Shown: one piece after another, positions 43,003 to 51,457 of the stretch | Layout of the letters: every line of letters starts with the position of its first letter | Numbering within the stretch: position 1 is the stretch's first letter | Assembly: GCA_905199755.1 (NCBI GenBank) | Contig: CAJKHT010000001.1 | Coordinates: 38,812 to 102,811, forward strand | DNA from: an uncultured Eubacteriales bacterium | GTDB lineage: Bacteria; Bacillota; Clostridia; UBA1381 | DNA length: 64,000 nucleotides | Direction of reading: 5' to 3' | Notes under the pieces: model-generated | Databases searched by the model: none | What the model saw: only the letters and a program-made list of their open reading frames with translations | What the model was told of the DNA's origin: nothing | Made by a program: the position numbers and the translations under genes

Positions 43003-43260
43003 ATGTTCCGTGGAATAAAGCTGAGACAGCGTGAAGTAATAAATATAAGCACTGCCGAACGCATCGGCATTGTGAGCGATATTGAAATTGATGAAAACAC
43101 CGGGAACATTAAATCAATAATAGTTCCCGGCAGATTCCATATTTTTTCAAAAATATTCGGTCAGGGCGAGATAGTCATACCGTGGCAAAATATCGAAGTC
43201 GTCGGCAAGGACGTAATTTTAGTGCGTATTCTTGAATTGCCCGACAACGGTAATTCCTAA
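43003..43260 (+). CDS. YlmC/YmxH family sporulation protein (PRC-barrel)
   Basis: 85 aa: MFRGIKLRQREVINISTAERIGIVSDIEIDENTGNIKSIIVPG. GGAGG RBS before this ATG. Confidence 0.8.
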   Translation: MFRGIKLRQREVINISTAERIGIVSDIEIDENTGNIKSIIVPGRFHIFSKIFGQGEIVIPWQNIEVVGKDVILVRILELPDNGNS

Positions 43261-44801
43261 AATATTTCAATATACGATGCCGAGCAAGGAGGTACGATTA
43301 TTTTGCCGTCTGCGACTGCCGCCGCACCGTTGTACTCATAAATTACTTTTCCTGCTTTTGCATTTACCTCATATTCACATTCTTTCCCGCTCGGATTTAT
43401 CGCAACAAGAATACTGCCGCTGCTACAGGTTCTTTTATATACGAGCGGATATTTGTCGCAGACAAGCTCAAATTCTGCACTTTCCTGCAAGGCTTCATTT
43501 GATTTTCTTACCGCAATCTGGCGCTTCAGTTCATTCAGTACCGACTTTTCATCGGCAGCCTGCTTTTGCACCGTCGGTCTATCCTTATCGGGATCAATGG
43601 GAATATACAGCATATCCGGTGCTGCTGCCGAAAATCCGCTGTTTGTTTCATCATTCCATTGCATAGGACTTCTTGATCCTGTTCTGTTATATCCGCCCTC
43701 AACGGATTTTATATTTTCAAGATATTTCATGCCGATTTCGTCTCCGTAATATATAAACGGTACTCCGGGCATTGACATTATAAACGCATACGCCAGCTTA
43801 AGCTGTGTATCGTCAAGTCTGTATGAAATTCTTGTCATATCATGGTTTCCCGACGGCAGACATATAAGACCCTTGCCTTTTGTTTTTTTCAGGTTTTCCA
43901 TATAAATACAGAAAAATTCCGATATTGTTCCCCTGCCGCTGCTTGAAAAGTATGGTATTTCCGCACGGAACAAATCGTTATAATGCGACGGACCGAAATG
44001 AAGAAGAAAATCCATGTCATATCCGCCCAAAAGCGCTTTGTCCGGCTCTCCCCACTCCGACACAAATGCCGCCTCGGGAAATTCTTTGCCGACTTCCGCA
44101 AGCATTTCTTTCCAAAGCTTAATCGTCTCCTGCTGATCTTTATCATTTTTCACAAGTGAACCTGCCATATCTACTCTGAATCCGTCACAGCCCATACCGA
44201 GCCAAAAGCGTATTACATCAAGTATAGCTTTTCTTGTCGACATCGCCTCCTCGGAATCCACCGCACTTTGCCAAGGCTTGTCAAGCTCCGCAAATCCGTA
44301 ATTCAATGCCGGCTGTGTTGAGTAATAATTCACAGCACAACTGCCGTCGCGCTCCGAAACACCGCGCAGAGTTCCGCTTATTCCGCTTATTCCGTCACAC
44401 CCCTCCCAGACGGAGCCTGTCCAGATATACCTGCCGGAAAACTCATTTTTTTCCGCTTTTGCCGATTGCTTAAACCATTCACAGGTTATTGCGGTATGCC
44501 CCGGCACCAAATCCAAAATCACGCGTATTCCGCGCTTATGCGCTTCGCAAAAAAGCCGCTTTAAATCCTCATTTGTTCCGTACCTCGGAGCAGCACTGTA
44601 ATAATCCTCAACGTCATATCCCGCATCATAGAACGGCGATTTATAGCAGGGATTCATCCATATTGCCGTAAAGCCCATGTCCTTTATATAATCAAGCTTT
44701 TCGATAATACCGTTAAAATCACCAATTCCGTCTGCATTCGTGTCATTGAAGCTCTGCGGATAAATTTCATAAAAAACCGCATTTTTTAACCAATTCTTCA
44801 T
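43257..44801 (-). CDS. GH13 alpha-glucosidase / oligo-1,6-glucosidase-like enzyme
   Basis: 514 aa with AVFYEIYPQSFNDTNADGIGDFNGI, GFRVDMA and EWGE regions; no signal peptide. Confidence 0.85.
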   Translation of the reverse strand: MKNWLKNAVFYEIYPQSFNDTNADGIGDFNGIIEKLDYIKDMGFTAIWMNPCYKSPFYDAGYDVEDYYSAAPRYGTNEDLKRLFCEAHKRGIRVILDLVPGHTAITCEWFKQSAKAEKNEFSGRYIWTGSVWEGCDGISGISGTLRGVSERDGSCAVNYYSTQPALNYGFAELDKPWQSAVDSEEAMSTRKAILDVIRFWLGMGCDGFRVDMAGSLVKNDKDQQETIKLWKEMLAEVGKEFPEAAFVSEWGEPDKALLGGYDMDFLLHFGPSHYNDLFRAEIPYFSSSGRGTISEFFCIYMENLKKTKGKGLICLPSGNHDMTRISYRLDDTQLKLAYAFIMSMPGVPFIYYGDEIGMKYLENIKSVEGGYNRTGSRSPMQWNDETNSGFSAAAPDMLYIPIDPDKDRPTVQKQAADEKSVLNELKRQIAVRKSNEALQESAEFELVCDKYPLVYKRTCSSGSILVAINPSGKECEYEVNAKAGKVIYEYNGAAAVADGKIIVPPCSASYIEIF

Positions 44802-44865
44802 TTGTCTTAACTCCCTTCAATATTTAATATTAACAGTCTATCATGTTTTTTATATTTCTTCTACT

Positions 44866-44933
44866 ACAATATTCACCTTTTTTAACACAATATTCGCCAT
44901 TTTCTTGACTTTTCAATATTTAAAGGTTATAAT
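44866..44933 (+). promoter_or_regulatory. Promoter of the AraC gene preceded by two 21-bp-phased direct repeats
   Basis: ACAATATTCACC (44866..44877) and ACAATATTCGCC (44887..44898), then TTGACT (44905..44910), 17-nt spacer, TATAAT (44928..44933). Confidence 0.5.
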
Positions 44934-44964
44934 CGTAATATACTTTTCATCGGAGCGGATTATT

Positions 44965-45822
44965 ATGAAAAATGATATAAGATTTAAAGAAAAAAGCCTT
45001 CATGGAACACCGCAGTATCCGGTAGGTCTGTACAGCTACAACACATCGCTTGCGCAAACCTTTGCAATCTCACACTGGCATGACGAAATCGAAATAGTAT
45101 ATGTCGAACACGGTACCCTGTACATGACAATCGGCGGCAACGGCTATACCCTGAAAGACGGTGATACCGTTATTGTAAACCCCGGCGAAATACATGAATT
45201 ATACGCTCACGGAAGCCGTCTATGCTACCATGCCGTTGTTTTTGACTGCGAATTTTTGGCATCGGCGGCTGATGACATTATACAAAGCAGCTTTATTGCT
45301 CCCATTATAAGCGGAAAGATACTGTTTAATACATATATACCGAAAAATCCGCATATTCTCGGCATTTTGCGGCAGATAGCCGACATCAACACCGATACGC
45401 CACCGGCATATACGCTTACCACAAAGGCGCTTTTAATGCAGCTTATCGGTATTATTATAGACTGCGGTATGTTTTTTGAAGGCACGGGTTATGATGAAAA
45501 ATCCGAATTTCTGAAAAAAATAATTACATATGTAAAAGAGCATTTCTGCGAACATATATCACTTTCGCACATTGCCGAAGAATTTAATATGTCACCAAAA
45601 TATTTTTGCCGCTTTTTTAAAAATAATTTCCATAAAACCTTTGTGGAATACACAAACACCGTCCGCATTGAAAATGCAATGCGCTTACTTGACAGCGGAA
45701 ATACAGTTACACAGGCTGCGCTGTCTTCCGGTTTTTTGAATATGAGCTATTTTACGCGCTGTTTCAAATTCATCACAGGCTATACCCCCACCCAATACAA
45801 AAAACAGCATGCCTTGCGTTAA
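44965..45822 (+). CDS. AraC family transcriptional regulator
   Basis: Start re-set to MKNDIRFKEK (GGAG RBS); the track start is a TTG inside the -35 box. C-terminal HTH_AraC domain. Confidence 0.85.
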   Translation: MKNDIRFKEKSLHGTPQYPVGLYSYNTSLAQTFAISHWHDEIEIVYVEHGTLYMTIGGNGYTLKDGDTVIVNPGEIHELYAHGSRLCYHAVVFDCEFLASAADDIIQSSFIAPIISGKILFNTYIPKNPHILGILRQIADINTDTPPAYTLTTKALLMQLIGIIIDCGMFFEGTGYDEKSEFLKKIITYVKEHFCEHISLSHIAEEFNMSPKYFCRFFKNNFHKTFVEYTNTVRIENAMRLLDSGNTVTQAALSSGFLNMSYFTRCFKFITGYTPTQYKKQHALR

Positions 45823-45848
45823 AAACATCGGGCATGCTGCTTTTTTTT
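45800..45848. terminator. Bidirectional terminator between the convergent AraC and flavodoxin genes
   Basis: AGCATGCC (45806..45813) / GGCATGCT (45831..45838), with an A-run before and T8 after. Confidence 0.55.
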
Positions 45849-45858
45849 AATGAAAATA

Positions 45859-46287
45859 TTATTTTCCTGCCGAAACTTTACCAAGCTCATTGCAATTTAC
45901 AATTGCTTCGTCATCGGGGGCATCGTTTGCAATTACGCTGTCGCACACAAGCTTTGCGCCGGCAGCATTTACACGTTCCTCCCATGAACGCATCCACTCA
46001 CCGTCTCCCCAGCCGTATGAGCCGAAAAGTGCAATGTTCTTCCCTGCGATTTTACCCTCAAGCTCTGTGAAAAACGGGTCAAACTCAGCTTCCTCCAGAA
46101 CCTCTGCACCCATAGCCGGGCAGCCGAGAATCAATGTGTCATATTCAGCTGCTTCATCTGCCGTTATTTCGGACACATTAAAGAGCTTTACGTCCTCATT
46201 TACTGTTTTTGCTCCGTCCAGTACCGCATTTGCCATAGCCTCGGTATTACCCGTACCGCTCCAAAAAATAATTGCTGTTTTACTCAT
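45859..46287 (-). CDS. Short-chain flavodoxin
   Basis: 142 aa with MSKTAIIFWSGTGNTEAMA (FMN phosphate loop) and GSYGWGDGEWM. Confidence 0.9.
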   Translation of the reverse strand: MSKTAIIFWSGTGNTEAMANAVLDGAKTVNEDVKLFNVSEITADEAAEYDTLILGCPAMGAEVLEEAEFDPFFTELEGKIAGKNIALFGSYGWGDGEWMRSWEERVNAAGAKLVCDSVIANDAPDDEAIVNCNELGKVSAGK

Positions 46288-46346
46288 TTTATAAAACCTC
46301 CCGATTAAAATTTTATATAATTAACAGGCTTTGCCTGATAATTTAC

Positions 46347-46892
46347 TTATGATGCACAGAAAAGCTGTGCCAGCGTTCTGCCCTCGGCGACATGCTTAAA
46401 CAATGCACATTTGCACATATTATACACGTGGAATTTTTTTCTTGCATTTTCCGCATCTCCGTAAACCTTCCAGTCACCGGTAAATATACATTCCTCATGA
46501 TTTATAAATCCGATTATATCACGTATCGGATACCCCAAAAATGCCCCTATCTCATGCGGGAACCCGTCCGCCTCCAAGCGTTTCTTCAAATGTGCTATGT
46601 ATCCGTCCACCGTAATTTTCGAAGGATAGCCCGCATTTCTCAAAAATTCCGAAACCTTGCTTTCCTTTATACAGCTTTCCAGTTTGTTATATCGGTACAC
46701 CATTATGAGCGCCCGTTTTTCACATTCGCATAAAATCTCAAAATAAATTCCGCGCAAATTCATTTCGCTGTTAAGACGACTGATTTCTCCGTGAATGTCC
46801 TTCACTTGTTTTTTTGAACATGCGGCAATATTTGCCGGCTTAATCCCGGCAAGCGCCGGCGCACAATGATATGCAAGCAATTTTTCCAACAT
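46347..46892 (-). CDS. DUF3793-like protein of unknown function
   Basis: 181 aa. The N-terminus LLAYHCAPALAGIKPANI matches my memory of DUF3793. It lies 59 nt upstream of flavodoxin with no strong terminator between. Confidence 0.6.
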   Translation of the reverse strand: MLEKLLAYHCAPALAGIKPANIAACSKKQVKDIHGEISRLNSEMNLRGIYFEILCECEKRALIMVYRYNKLESCIKESKVSEFLRNAGYPSKITVDGYIAHLKKRLEADGFPHEIGAFLGYPIRDIIGFINHEECIFTGDWKVYGDAENARKKFHVYNMCKCALFKHVAEGRTLAQLFCAS

Positions 46893-46905
46893 ATATGCCT
46901 CCGAA

Positions 46906-47018
46906 ACCAGTTAGCCTAAACTAACCGTATTTTAAAAATAAATGAGCAATACCATTGCTCTTTTGGGTTAGTTTTCACTAACTGGTATAAGTATAGCATA
47001 TACTTATACATTTGTCAA
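46906..47018 (-). promoter_or_regulatory. Promoter plus palindrome-rich leader of the DUF3793-flavodoxin operon
   Basis: Minus strand reads TTGACA (47018..47013), 17-nt spacer, TATACT (46995..46990). A perfect 10-3-10 palindrome TATAAGTATA-GCA-TATACTTATA spans 46986..47008. Sites at 46965..46986 and 46906..46926 (each GTTAG-N6-CTAAC) are mutually complementary over 9+7 nt, and a hairpin sits at 46944..46960. Confidence 0.55.
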
Positions 47019-47110
47019 GCTTAATTTTGCCAATATTTTATAATTCGAGCAGATATTAAAGGCAGCAGTAAACGAAGCCGTTTTCTTACTGCTGCCATAT
47101 CCTTTACCCG

Positions 47111-48325
47111 TTATTTTTTCAATTCCTTATAGTTCCCTATCCATTTTCCGTTTGTGAAGTCCGGTATTTCAACGGGCATACCTCCGCAGGAAACCGAAAT
47201 TTCGGATAATGTGCTTATGCACATCCACGCTGCCGCATCATATACATCCACAGGCATAGGTTCTTTGTTTATCAGGCAGTCGAAAAAGTTTTTCAGCATA
47301 AGCCAGTCCATCCCGTCATGAGTTCCGCGCACTCCGTTCTCAATATATTTTTTCCACAGAGGATGCATATATTTTTCCTCATATGCCGAAGCATTGTCAC
47401 GCCGCTCTTTCCATTTCATGTCGAATTTTTCATCCTCGCCGTTATCGAGAAAAACCGAATCCGTAGCTTCCTCATACATTCCCTTTGTACCCCTTACGGT
47501 AAAATCACGGCTGTAATATCTCGGCAAGGTCGTATCAAGGGTTAATGTTATAAGCTCGCCGCCGGCACATTGAATATTTGTTACGATAATGTCACCCTGC
47601 TTAAATTCCGTATTCATAAGCCTTTCATCATCGGACTTTTTCCGGCTGATGTATTCATGCATCCCTTTTGCACATGAGGCTGATGATGTAAGACTTACCA
47701 TTCTGTTTCCGTCATTTATGCGCAGAAGCTTTGCAATGGGACCAAGCTCATGCGTCGGGTAATTATCACAGTTACGGTGTATATAATTTTCAAGACGGTA
47801 ATGACGGTTTTCGTGTCCGAATGCTATTTCATGCCGCAAATCATGATGATAACCGCCCTTGCAGTACACTATATCTCCGAATACACCCATGCGGCTCATG
47901 TTAAGCGCCATCATTTCACGTTTTCCGAAACAGCAGTTTTCAAGAAACATAAACGGAATCTGCGTTCTTTCATATGTGTTTACAAGCTGCCAGCATTGCT
48001 CAATGGAATACACACCGCCTACTTCAACACCGACAGCTTTTCCGTTTTCCATTGCCGCAAGTGCGATTTCGGTATGCGCCTCCCATGCCGTTGATATAAT
48101 TACCGCTTCAACCTCCTCTGATTTTAAAACCTCCCGGTAATTTGTGGTTCCGAGCGGTTTTGTTCCGCATTCCTTGCCTATGTATTCGCGCATTTCATTA
48201 ACCCTGTCCTCATATAAATCGCAGACAGCCGTAATCTGTGCATTATCGAGATGCATTATAACATCACATATAAGCGATTTACCGCGGCAGCCCAGCCCAA
48301 TTACTCCCGTTTTTATTTTTCGCAT
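47111..48325 (-). CDS. Gfo/Idh/MocA-family NAD-dependent enzyme, GH109-like glycosidase candidate
   Basis: 404 aa with an N-terminal Rossmann fold (IKTGVIGLGCRG), then FLENCCFGKREMMALNM...GGYHHDLRHE...NYPTHELGPI, which resembles GH109 as I remember it. No signal peptide. Confidence 0.7.
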   Translation of the reverse strand: MRKIKTGVIGLGCRGKSLICDVIMHLDNAQITAVCDLYEDRVNEMREYIGKECGTKPLGTTNYREVLKSEEVEAVIISTAWEAHTEIALAAMENGKAVGVEVGGVYSIEQCWQLVNTYERTQIPFMFLENCCFGKREMMALNMSRMGVFGDIVYCKGGYHHDLRHEIAFGHENRHYRLENYIHRNCDNYPTHELGPIAKLLRINDGNRMVSLTSSASCAKGMHEYISRKKSDDERLMNTEFKQGDIIVTNIQCAGGELITLTLDTTLPRYYSRDFTVRGTKGMYEEATDSVFLDNGEDEKFDMKWKERRDNASAYEEKYMHPLWKKYIENGVRGTHDGMDWLMLKNFFDCLINKEPMPVDVYDAAAWMCISTLSEISVSCGGMPVEIPDFTNGKWIGNYKELKK

Positions 48326-48456
48326 AAAAATCTCTCCTTTTCCTTTACATTCCGTTAAAGCTTTGATATAATTGTATAGTAAACAAATAATAAATTCAAT
48401 GCGAAATAAGCTACTTTTGTTATGATTTCAGATACCTTTTAAGGAGTGTATATAAT

Positions 48457-49263
48457 ATGCATACGCGTTATGGAATAAATAAAATATTTGAGACGGAAGC
48501 CTTTTTTACGGCTTTTTGCACCACTTTTGAAAAAAATTATTATTTCCCGGGAGAAGCACACAATTTCTGGGAGCTGGTATACGTTGCCGACGGCTGTGCC
48601 GCAGCAGCGGAGGACGGAAAAATATACGAGCTTAATGCCGGTGAAATTATTTTCCACATGCCAATGGAATTTCACAGAATATGGTCAGCAAAAAACACAA
48701 GTCCGCGGTGTATAATTATGTCATTTGCATTAAGCGGCACCGTTCCTGATATTCTCGGCAGCGGCATATTTACACTCAACCCGGTAATGAAGCAAATACT
48801 GTATGATATTTTTGAAAATGCAGATTCTTTTATTAAATACGGCAGCATAACAGACGGTCAGCTTGCCGCAAACAATCTCGAAAGACTGATTCTCCTCCTT
48901 GCCGATGAACAGCTGCCGCGAAGCAAGCGCCGAAAAACCGCCGGTACTAAAAATTATGAAAATATCATAAGCGTTATGAATGATAATATCGGCAAGCGTC
49001 TATCAACAGAAGAAATTGCTTTCCTTTGCGGCTTAAGTGTCGCCAATCTGAAAAAGACCTTTAAAAAGTATTCCGGCATGGGGGTTATGGAATATTTTAA
49101 CCGACGGAAAATCGCAAAGGCAATGCAGATGATAGAATACGGAAACAGCATTTCCGAAATAAGCAACGAATTGGGATTTTCAAGCATCAGCTATTTTTCC
49201 GCCGTATTTAAACGGATATGCTCGGTTTCTCCGGCGGAATATAAAAAATCGTTACAAGCTTAA
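48457..49263 (+). CDS. AraC family transcriptional regulator
   Basis: 268 aa with a cupin N-terminal domain and a C-terminal HTH_AraC domain (LSVANLKKTFKKYSGMGVMEYF...GFSSISYFSAVFKRICSVSPAEYK). Confidence 0.85.
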   Translation: MHTRYGINKIFETEAFFTAFCTTFEKNYYFPGEAHNFWELVYVADGCAAAAEDGKIYELNAGEIIFHMPMEFHRIWSAKNTSPRCIIMSFALSGTVPDILGSGIFTLNPVMKQILYDIFENADSFIKYGSITDGQLAANNLERLILLLADEQLPRSKRRKTAGTKNYENIISVMNDNIGKRLSTEEIAFLCGLSVANLKKTFKKYSGMGVMEYFNRRKIAKAMQMIEYGNSISEISNELGFSSISYFSAVFKRICSVSPAEYKKSLQA

Positions 49264-49937
49264 ATAATCGAATATGATTGCTTAATAAATTGCTTGGGCG
49301 ACATTCCCGAATATTTTTTAAAGCTGCGGCTGAAATATGCGCAGTCACAGAAATTCAGCCGCGCTGCCACCTCATCTACGGAATATAAGCCTGACATGAG
49401 CAGCCGTTTTGCCGCTGTCATGCGCACATCATTTTTATATTGAGCTGCCGTTTTTCCGTAAGCAGCCTTAAAAGTCCGCTACAATGTTGACAAGCTGACG
49501 GCACATGCCGCCGCTATGTCGCTTTCGTTCATTTCAAACACACTGTCGGCATCTATGACCGATTTGATTTTCGCCGACAAGACATTCCCTCTGTTTTGTC
49601 CCGTTATACCGTCTATGATACGGTAGAATATTGATTTTACCATGCGGCTCCGTTCGGTAAATGTACTGTAATCAAAGATTTCGTTAAAATCGTTTTCCAT
49701 ACTGCGGCAATTTCTGATAATTGTTATATCCTCATCACTGTCTGTTAAATTTCCGCTGCACTGAAAATTTATAAGAATATCTTTTGTGTCATGCCCCGCA
49801 AATTCTGCACGGTAACGTGAATTTTTATTTAAGATTACAATATCTCCGCTTTCGGCAACAATATTTTTATCCTCCGTTCCGTAAGCGATTGTTCCGCTTT
49901 TTATATAACATATACCCCAAAACGGTCTTTTACGCAT
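49260..49937 (-). pseudogene. AraC-family regulator remnant: 5'-truncated and interrupted by an in-frame TAG
   Basis: The track ORF ends ...AAACAVSLSTL at TAG (49481..49479). The same frame continues RTFKAAYGKTAAQYKNDVRMTAAKRLLMSGLYSVDEVAARLNFCDCAYFSRSFKKYSGMSPKQF to TAA at 49262..49260. About 30 N-terminal cupin residues are missing compared with the neighbouring AraC genes. Confidence 0.7.
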
Positions 49938-49941
49938 TTTA

Positions 49942-50157
49942 TACGACTATGCCGATTACATTATAAAATATCTTGAAGCATACAAAGCCGAAAGAATTGA
50001 TATATTTGCAATTACTCCGCAAAACGAACCCGAAACACAGCAGAACGGACACATGCCTGCCTGTATATGTCACCCAGATACAGAAGCGGAATTTATAAAG
50101 GTTCTGCGCAAAAAGCTTACAGCCGCCGGAATGAAAACACAGATATGGATGTACGGT
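49942..50157 (+). pseudogene. Internal fragment (~72 codons) of a GH30-like glucosylceramidase/xylanase gene
   Basis: The frame reads YDYADYIIKYLEAYKAERIDIFAITPQNEPETQQNGHMPACICHPDTEAEFIKVLRKKLTAAGMKTQIWMY. It includes the ITPQNEP acid/base region, has no N- or C-terminal parts, and abuts the truncated AraC 5' end. Confidence 0.55.
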
Positions 50158-50255
50158 GGAAATTGTGGTATATTGAGCTTACTCCCAACTCTGCAGCCAC
50201 GGTTATATTCAAATAAAACAAGTCTTATAGGGGCTGTTTAAAAAGAGCGCAAAAT

Positions 50256-50302
50256 GCAAAAAACACACCCGGCGGCGTACCAATGTACTCCGAACGGGTG
50301 CG
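50256..50302 (-). terminator. Terminator downstream of smpB
   Basis: On the minus strand: ACGCACCCG...CGGGTGTGT stem followed by TTTTTTG. Confidence 0.55.
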
Positions 50303-50361
50303 TTTATGCATATCCCTTAAACAGTCTGTGACTTTTTTAACAGTCCCGTACTTCTCTGTTT

Positions 50362-50835
50362 TTATCTGTTCTTTAATGCTCTGTCCATTCTGCGTGATGC
50401 ATCGCGCTTTGCAATATCCTCACGCTTGTCGTAAAGCTTTTTGCCCTTTGCCAGTGCCAGCGAAACTTTTACCAGCGAACCTTTTAAATAAACCGATAAA
50501 GGAATCAATGAATATCCCTGCTGCGAAATCAGCCCCGTGAGTTTTCTTATTTCTTTTCTGTGCAGCAGCAGTTTCTTTTCTCTCAGCGGATCGCGGTTAA
50601 AAATATTTCCCTGCTCAAATGGGCTTATATTCATACTCTTTACAAAAACCTCACCGTTATCTATTGAGGCATATGCTTCCGTTATATTAACCTTTCCCTG
50701 CCGTATCGACTTTACTTCGGTACCAAACAGCTCTATTCCGCATTCATAGGTATCTATAATAAAATACTCATGACGCGCCTTTTTGTTCTGAGATACTATT
50801 TTTATTCCGTCTTTCTTTTCAGCCATAGTCTTCAC
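50362..50835 (-). CDS. smpB: SsrA-binding protein SmpB
   Basis: 157 aa with [10 protein letters not shown]...[13 protein letters not shown]...[10 protein letters not shown]. Confidence 0.92.
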   Translation of the reverse strand: MKTMAEKKDGIKIVSQNKKARHEYFIIDTYECGIELFGTEVKSIRQGKVNITEAYASIDNGEVFVKSMNISPFEQGNIFNRDPLREKKLLLHRKEIRKLTGLISQQGYSLIPLSVYLKGSLVKVSLALAKGKKLYDKREDIAKRDASRRMDRALKNR

Positions 50836-50840
50836 CGTCC

Positions 50841-51332
50841 TTATTTCCGTTTCTTATGCTCCATATAACGTTTTTTACCCTCTTCATAAAGAAGCTTTAT
50901 ATAAGGCTCGTCACTCACTTCAAAACCCGGTACCTTATGTGGTCTTCCGTCCGCTCCGAGAGCTACCAGCGTGAAAAATGCAGTGAGTGCAATTTTCTTT
51001 GTTCCCTCTATAAGATTTTCAGATTCCACCGCCACAAAGGCTTCCATTGATGAATTTCCCACATAAACAACATTTGCCGTACATGTAACCAGTTCGCCTA
51101 TGTGTATCGGCTGCTTAAAGCACAGCTCGTCAACACGCGCGGTAACAATGTCTGAATGAGCATATTTCATTGCCGCCGCGCCTGCCGCAGAATCCATCAT
51201 TTTCATTATTTCGCCGCCGTGTATATTTCCCGAAGCATTTGACTGATAAGGCAGTACAGTCTGTGCCAATATTGTTTCCGAATCATAAAATGTTTGATTT
51301 TTCATATTCTTGTAGCCGTAAAATCCTTTCAC
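50841..51332 (-). CDS. Acyl-CoA thioesterase (hotdog fold, YciA/BFIT-like)
   Basis: 163 aa with [25 protein letters not shown]. The start is uncertain: GTG at 51332 or ATG at 51305. Confidence 0.75.
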   Translation of the reverse strand: MKGFYGYKNMKNQTFYDSETILAQTVLPYQSNASGNIHGGEIMKMMDSAAGAAAMKYAHSDIVTARVDELCFKQPIHIGELVTCTANVVYVGNSSMEAFVAVESENLIEGTKKIALTAFFTLVALGADGRPHKVPGFEVSDEPYIKLLYEEGKKRYMEHKKRK

Positions 51333-51413
51333 TAAAATAAATACTGTTTATATCTATTATACCACAAACTTCCGATTAATCAATCATTTTTTTTATAATT
51401 GCCGCTTTTCGGC

Positions 51414-51452
51414 TGCAAAAAAGAACCGATGCTGAAATCTCATCGGTTCTTT
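51414..51452 (-). terminator. Rho-independent terminator of the 1392-aa gene
   Basis: On the minus strand: AAGAACCGATG-agatttcag-CATCGGTTCTT followed by TTTTTG. Confidence 0.7.
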
Positions 51453-51457
51453 TAAAT

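Noticed and set aside
43257-43260. The overlapping convergent stop codons (ylmC/GH13 here, and AraC/AraC-remnant at 49260..49263) as a functional element.
   Set aside because: A 3-4 nt overlap of convergent stops is common packing, and there is no associated structure.
46906-46986. The GTTAG-N6-CTAAC sites as Rex boxes, and the 10-3-10 palindrome as a Fur/PerR box.
   Set aside because: As I recall it, the clostridial Rex consensus (TTGTTAA-N4-TTAACAA) has arms spaced 2 nt closer. Fur/PerR 7-1-7 motifs (TGATAAT-N-ATTATCA / TTATAAT-N-ATTATAA) do not align. I left the regulator unassigned.
49479-49481. The in-frame TAG in the AraC remnant as pyrrolysine or programmed readthrough.
   Set aside because: TAG is used as an ordinary stop elsewhere in the window (e.g. 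the GH13 gene). The gene is also 5'-truncated, and there is no PYLIS-like context or pyl genes, so a nonsense mutation in a decaying gene is simpler.
49938-50361. A tmRNA (ssrA) gene, often found directly downstream of smpB.
   Set aside because: Neither strand shows the GGGGCTGATTCTGGATTCGAC-type 5' end, a tag ORF ending in GCTGCC-TAA, or the TGGTGGAG...GGGANTCGAACCC 3' end. The region is instead explained by a terminator and a GH30 gene fragment. GGGGCTG at ~50230 is only a 7-nt chance match.
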